Shown piece by piece: positions 60,937-64,000 of a stretch of 64,000 nucleotides of DNA. The position numbers were made by a program, and so were the translations under genes. Origin of the DNA: Ostreococcus lucimarinus (Eukaryota); assembly GCA_000092065.1 (NCBI GenBank), contig CP000582.1. One strand, written 5' to 3'. The notes below the pieces were generated by a model. The model had not been told where the DNA came from. It searched no databases and saw nothing but the letters and a program-made list of their open reading frames with translations. Position 1 is the first letter of the stretch. Every line of letters starts with the position of its first letter.

Positions 60937-63177
60937 ATGTACACGTCTTCAACTCGACTGGCACTGGCTCAAAACCTCAACCAGACTCGAGTCGCGCGCC
61001 CGCGATGTGCTGGGGGGCACGGACGAAACGCCGACAGTCTTCGCCCCGTGATTACGCGAAAATTGAGCGCACGTGCGCGTAATGGGCGCTCAGGCACACG
61101 GTTCGTGCCAAATCGTGGTTCTGAGCAGGATATCTTATCTGAACTTGAAGAAGCGCAAGAAGGAGGAATTGCTGGCTACGGCGTCATCTCGTCCAAACCT
61201 ACGACACCCCTTTTGGATACCGTGCAGTTTCCGAGCCATTTGAAGGGTTTAAACATGGATCAACTCAAGCAAGTCGCGAAAGAACTACGTGCAGACCTAA
61301 TCTACAACGTATCTCAGACAGGAGGGCATCTTGGTTCGAGCCTCGGAGTTATTGAGCTCACCGTCGCACTCAATTACGTATTCGACCAACCGAACGACAA
61401 AATCATATGGGACGTGGGGCATCAAGCTTACCCTCACAAAATTTTGACGGGAAGGAGGGACCAAATGAACACCATGAGACAAACAGGCGGGTTATCACCT
61501 TTCACGAAGAGAAGCGAAAGTCCTTATGACTGCTTTGGGGCGGGACACAGTAGTACGTCCATTTCGGCAGGTCTTGGAATGGCTGTCGCTCGGGATATGC
61601 AAGGCGGCGATAATCATGTCATCAGCATAATCGGAGACGGGGCAATCACGGGGGGGATGGCGTATGAAGCTATGAACAATGCTGGATTTCTGGACACGAA
61701 CATGATCATCATCTTAAATGATAACCAGCAAGTGTCGCTTCCTACGCAATACAACAGTATGAATCAAGATCCAGTGGGTGCGCTTTCGTCGACATTCGCT
61801 CGTCTTCAGTCGTCGCGCCCTCTACGCGAGTTGCGCGAGTCTGCCAAGGCGATTACCAAACAGATGCCAACCCCTGTGCAAGAGGTCACCGCAAAAGTTG
61901 ACGAGTATGCGCGTGGTATGATTAGTGGATCTGGCTCGACTCTATTTGAAGAGCTCGGACTATATTACATCGGAACTGTTGATGGGCATAATTTGGAGGA
62001 TTTGGTCGCCATTCTGCAAGAAGTAAAAGAGACAAAGAGCGTTGGTCCCGTGTTGATTCACATCGTGACCGAGAAGGGCCGAGGCTACTCTTATGCCGAA
62101 GACGCTCAAGACAAGTACCACGGTGTATCCAAATTCGATCTCGCTTCCGGTGAACAAAGCAAATCAACAGATACAATCCCCACTTACACGAAGGTGTTCG
62201 CCGATGCCTTGATTGGAGAAGCCATGGCTGATGAAAAGGTTGTGGCCGTGCACGCTGCCATGGGCGGGGGAACGGGATTAAACCATTTCGAGAAATATTT
62301 CGCCGATAGAACGTACGACGTCGGCATTGCGGAGCAACATGCCGTGACTTTCGCTGCGGGTCTTGCATGTGAGGGATTGAAACCCATGTGTACGATTTAT
62401 TCAACATTTTTGCAACGTGGCTGGGATCAAGTTGTTCACGACGTAGCGCTGCAGAAACTTCCGGTGAGGTTTGCGATGGACCGTGCTGGCTTGGTTGGCG
62501 CGGATGGACCAACTCATGCTGGTGCGTACGATGTGACGTTCATGGCGTGCCTTCCCGATATGGTCGTTATGGCGCCGATGGACGAGGCAGAGCTGTGTCA
62601 TATGGTTGCAACATCTTTAGCTATTGACGATCGTCCCTCCTGTTTCCGCTATCCTCGGGGTGCGGGCGTTGGGGTCAACATGGAAAATGAGAGCGTCAAA
62701 GTGCTCAATCCAGGATACAAGGGTATGGTGTTAGACATTGGGAAAGGCCGAGTTCTACGCGAAGGAACCGATGTCGTTCTGTTGGGTTATGGTACTCCAA
62801 CGAATAACTGTTTGCTGGCTGCCCAAATGTTGCAAGAGTTCGGCGTCAGCGCCACCGTGGCGGATGCTCGATTCTGCAAACCTCTGGACGTCGAACTCAT
62901 TCGTCGCTTGGCAAAATCACACCCAGTTTTCATAACGGTAGAGGAAGGTTCCATAGGCGGCTTTGCGTCTCACGTGTTGCACTTCCTAGCGACTGACGGA
63001 CTGCTCGACGGCGGCTTGAAGGTTCGACCAATGGTACTTCCCGATCGTCCAATTGATCACGGTTCGTATGCATTCCAGCTTAACGAGGCTGGACTTAGCG
63101 TTTCGCACATCGCATCTACGGCGCTTTCGCTTGTCGGGAAGCAAAATGAGTCTCTCGAGGTTTTAGCAAGAGTCTAG
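60937..63177 (+). CDS. DXS: 1-deoxy-D-xylulose-5-phosphate synthase (MEP pathway), with about 60-aa N-terminal targeting presequence
   Basis: [20 protein letters not shown]; [16 protein letters not shown]; thiamine-diphosphate motif [18 protein letters not shown]...NDN; [17 protein letters not shown]; transketolase C-terminal domain. The S/T/R-rich N-terminus [14 protein letters not shown]...[13 protein letters not shown] reads as a transit-peptide-like region. Confidence 0.85.
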   Translation: MYTSSTRLALAQNLNQTRVARPRCAGGHGRNADSLRPVITRKLSARARNGRSGTRFVPNRGSEQDILSELEEAQEGGIAGYGVISSKPTTPLLDTVQFPSHLKGLNMDQLKQVAKELRADLIYNVSQTGGHLGSSLGVIELTVALNYVFDQPNDKIIWDVGHQAYPHKILTGRRDQMNTMRQTGGLSPFTKRSESPYDCFGAGHSSTSISAGLGMAVARDMQGGDNHVISIIGDGAITGGMAYEAMNNAGFLDTNMIIILNDNQQVSLPTQYNSMNQDPVGALSSTFARLQSSRPLRELRESAKAITKQMPTPVQEVTAKVDEYARGMISGSGSTLFEELGLYYIGTVDGHNLEDLVAILQEVKETKSVGPVLIHIVTEKGRGYSYAEDAQDKYHGVSKFDLASGEQSKSTDTIPTYTKVFADALIGEAMADEKVVAVHAAMGGGTGLNHFEKYFADRTYDVGIAEQHAVTFAAGLACEGLKPMCTIYSTFLQRGWDQVVHDVALQKLPVRFAMDRAGLVGADGPTHAGAYDVTFMACLPDMVVMAPMDEAELCHMVATSLAIDDRPSCFRYPRGAGVGVNMENESVKVLNPGYKGMVLDIGKGRVLREGTDVVLLGYGTPTNNCLLAAQMLQEFGVSATVADARFCKPLDVELIRRLAKSHPVFITVEEGSIGGFASHVLHFLATDGLLDGGLKVRPMVLPDRPIDHGSYAFQLNEAGLSVSHIASTALSLVGKQNESLEVLARV

Positions 63178-63363
63178 AGAAACTTATAATTCAATTTGCC
63201 AACGCTGCTGAAGCTCCCGCAACGCTACTCGGAGGATTTCCGAGTAGTTCGAAGAAAGCTGGATAGGCGAGCCACGTCACAGCCACTACAATAACCAATA
63301 TTCATCACGAATTCACCCACGTGAGTCGCCGAGTCAACTCTCAGACGTGTGTCTACTATGCAG

Positions 63364-63750
63364 CTATGGCGCGGCGACGTCGCGAAATAAGAAATATTGA
63401 TTGATGTACTTACTTCCAGCGCCGAAACCGACACCCCACGCAAGACCAACGCCTACGCCACAACCACCACCTATACCTAAGCCCCAAAACCCAATCGGTA
63501 CCCCTGGGTGAAGTGGTAAACTGCGTGTCATAGTATTTAAGTTAAACGACTCACCGCCAAAGCCCCAACCTAAACCGAATCCGCAGCCCAATCCGATCCC
63601 TACGCCGAAAAAGTTGAGCGAAAGTATGTCTACACATGGCGTGAACGCACCGACCCCAACTCCTCTGCCTACGAGTCTCCGATCCTTACTCGGCGGCATG
63701 AGACCACTTCTGCAGTACTGACGTAAGTTAGGCTCGCCGTATTGGGACAT
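63364..63750 (-). CDS. Small glycine-zipper membrane protein (Tim17/OEP16-like or Gly-rich TM protein); tentative
   Basis: The 128-aa ORF is dominated by GxxxG-type repeats (GVGIGLGCGFGLGWGFGG; GLGIGGGCGVGVGLAWGVGFGAG). Confidence 0.3.
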   Translation of the reverse strand: MSQYGEPNLRQYCRSGLMPPSKDRRLVGRGVGVGAFTPCVDILSLNFFGVGIGLGCGFGLGWGFGGESFNLNTMTRSLPLHPGVPIGFWGLGIGGGCGVGVGLAWGVGFGAGSKYINQYFLFRDVAAP

Positions 63751-64000
63751 CAGGACACACTTTTTTTATCGAATTTCAGACGGTATGATATGATATCATA
63801 TAAATCACTCTTTACGTCCTATAAAGCTGTGGAGAACAACTCCATGAAGTCCGGAATGTTGCTTCCTCAGGCAGAGATTGCTAAAATTCTCCAAGTTAGC
63901 GACCATTTAGCTGGTTTGAAAATGTGAAAAAGGGATTGCTCTCACTGCTGCAAAAGCTCAGGCGCGCGGCCGTTTTACAATTCGGCACTTTGACTCGACT

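Noticed and set aside
1-64000. rRNA genes, satellite arrays, telomeric repeats, prokaryotic promoters and terminators
   Set aside because: Scanned for them. No rDNA-like conserved stretches, no long microsatellites, no TTAGGG-type arrays.

Overview
This window is gene-dense eukaryotic nuclear DNA. The evidence is short (about 35-80 nt) GT..AG spliceosomal introns, an intron-containing tRNA-Leu, and genes for BiP ending in HDEL, a cyclin, NDC80, an AP mu subunit, CAF1, SR-alpha and a PEX-type AAA ATPase. The lineage almost certainly carries a plastid: a nuclear DXS (MEP pathway) and a ClpP-like but catalytically dead ClpR paralogue both have N-terminal presequences. About 30 protein-coding genes are called, on both strands, several with overlapping convergent 3' ends. 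The standout feature is a 13,977-nt intronless ORF (10647..24623) encoding an AT-less type I modular polyketide synthase. Its interior (13605..23993) is a roughly 70% GC block of near-identical tandem segmental duplications of the KR-ACP and KS-DH module segments (three KS copies more than 99.5% identical), set in a genome of roughly 47% GC. One low-GC, divergent KS N-terminus relic lies inside the block. Upstream there is a transposon-associated neighbourhood: an 850-bp element bounded by 88-90-bp near-perfect inverted repeats, a PIF/Harbinger DDE transposase gene, and a convergent XPG-nuclease with a C-terminal SWIM zinc finger. Other features are a tRNA-Leu(CAA) with a 34-nt intron, a MITE-like element with 38-bp terminal inverted repeats in the promoter of a bacterial-type aconitase B gene, and recurring palindromic intergenic motifs. 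CAF1 carries an apparent frameshift. No rRNA, CRISPR array or prokaryotic operon structure is present. All identifications rest on recognisable protein motifs read from the six-frame translations; none were checked against databases.
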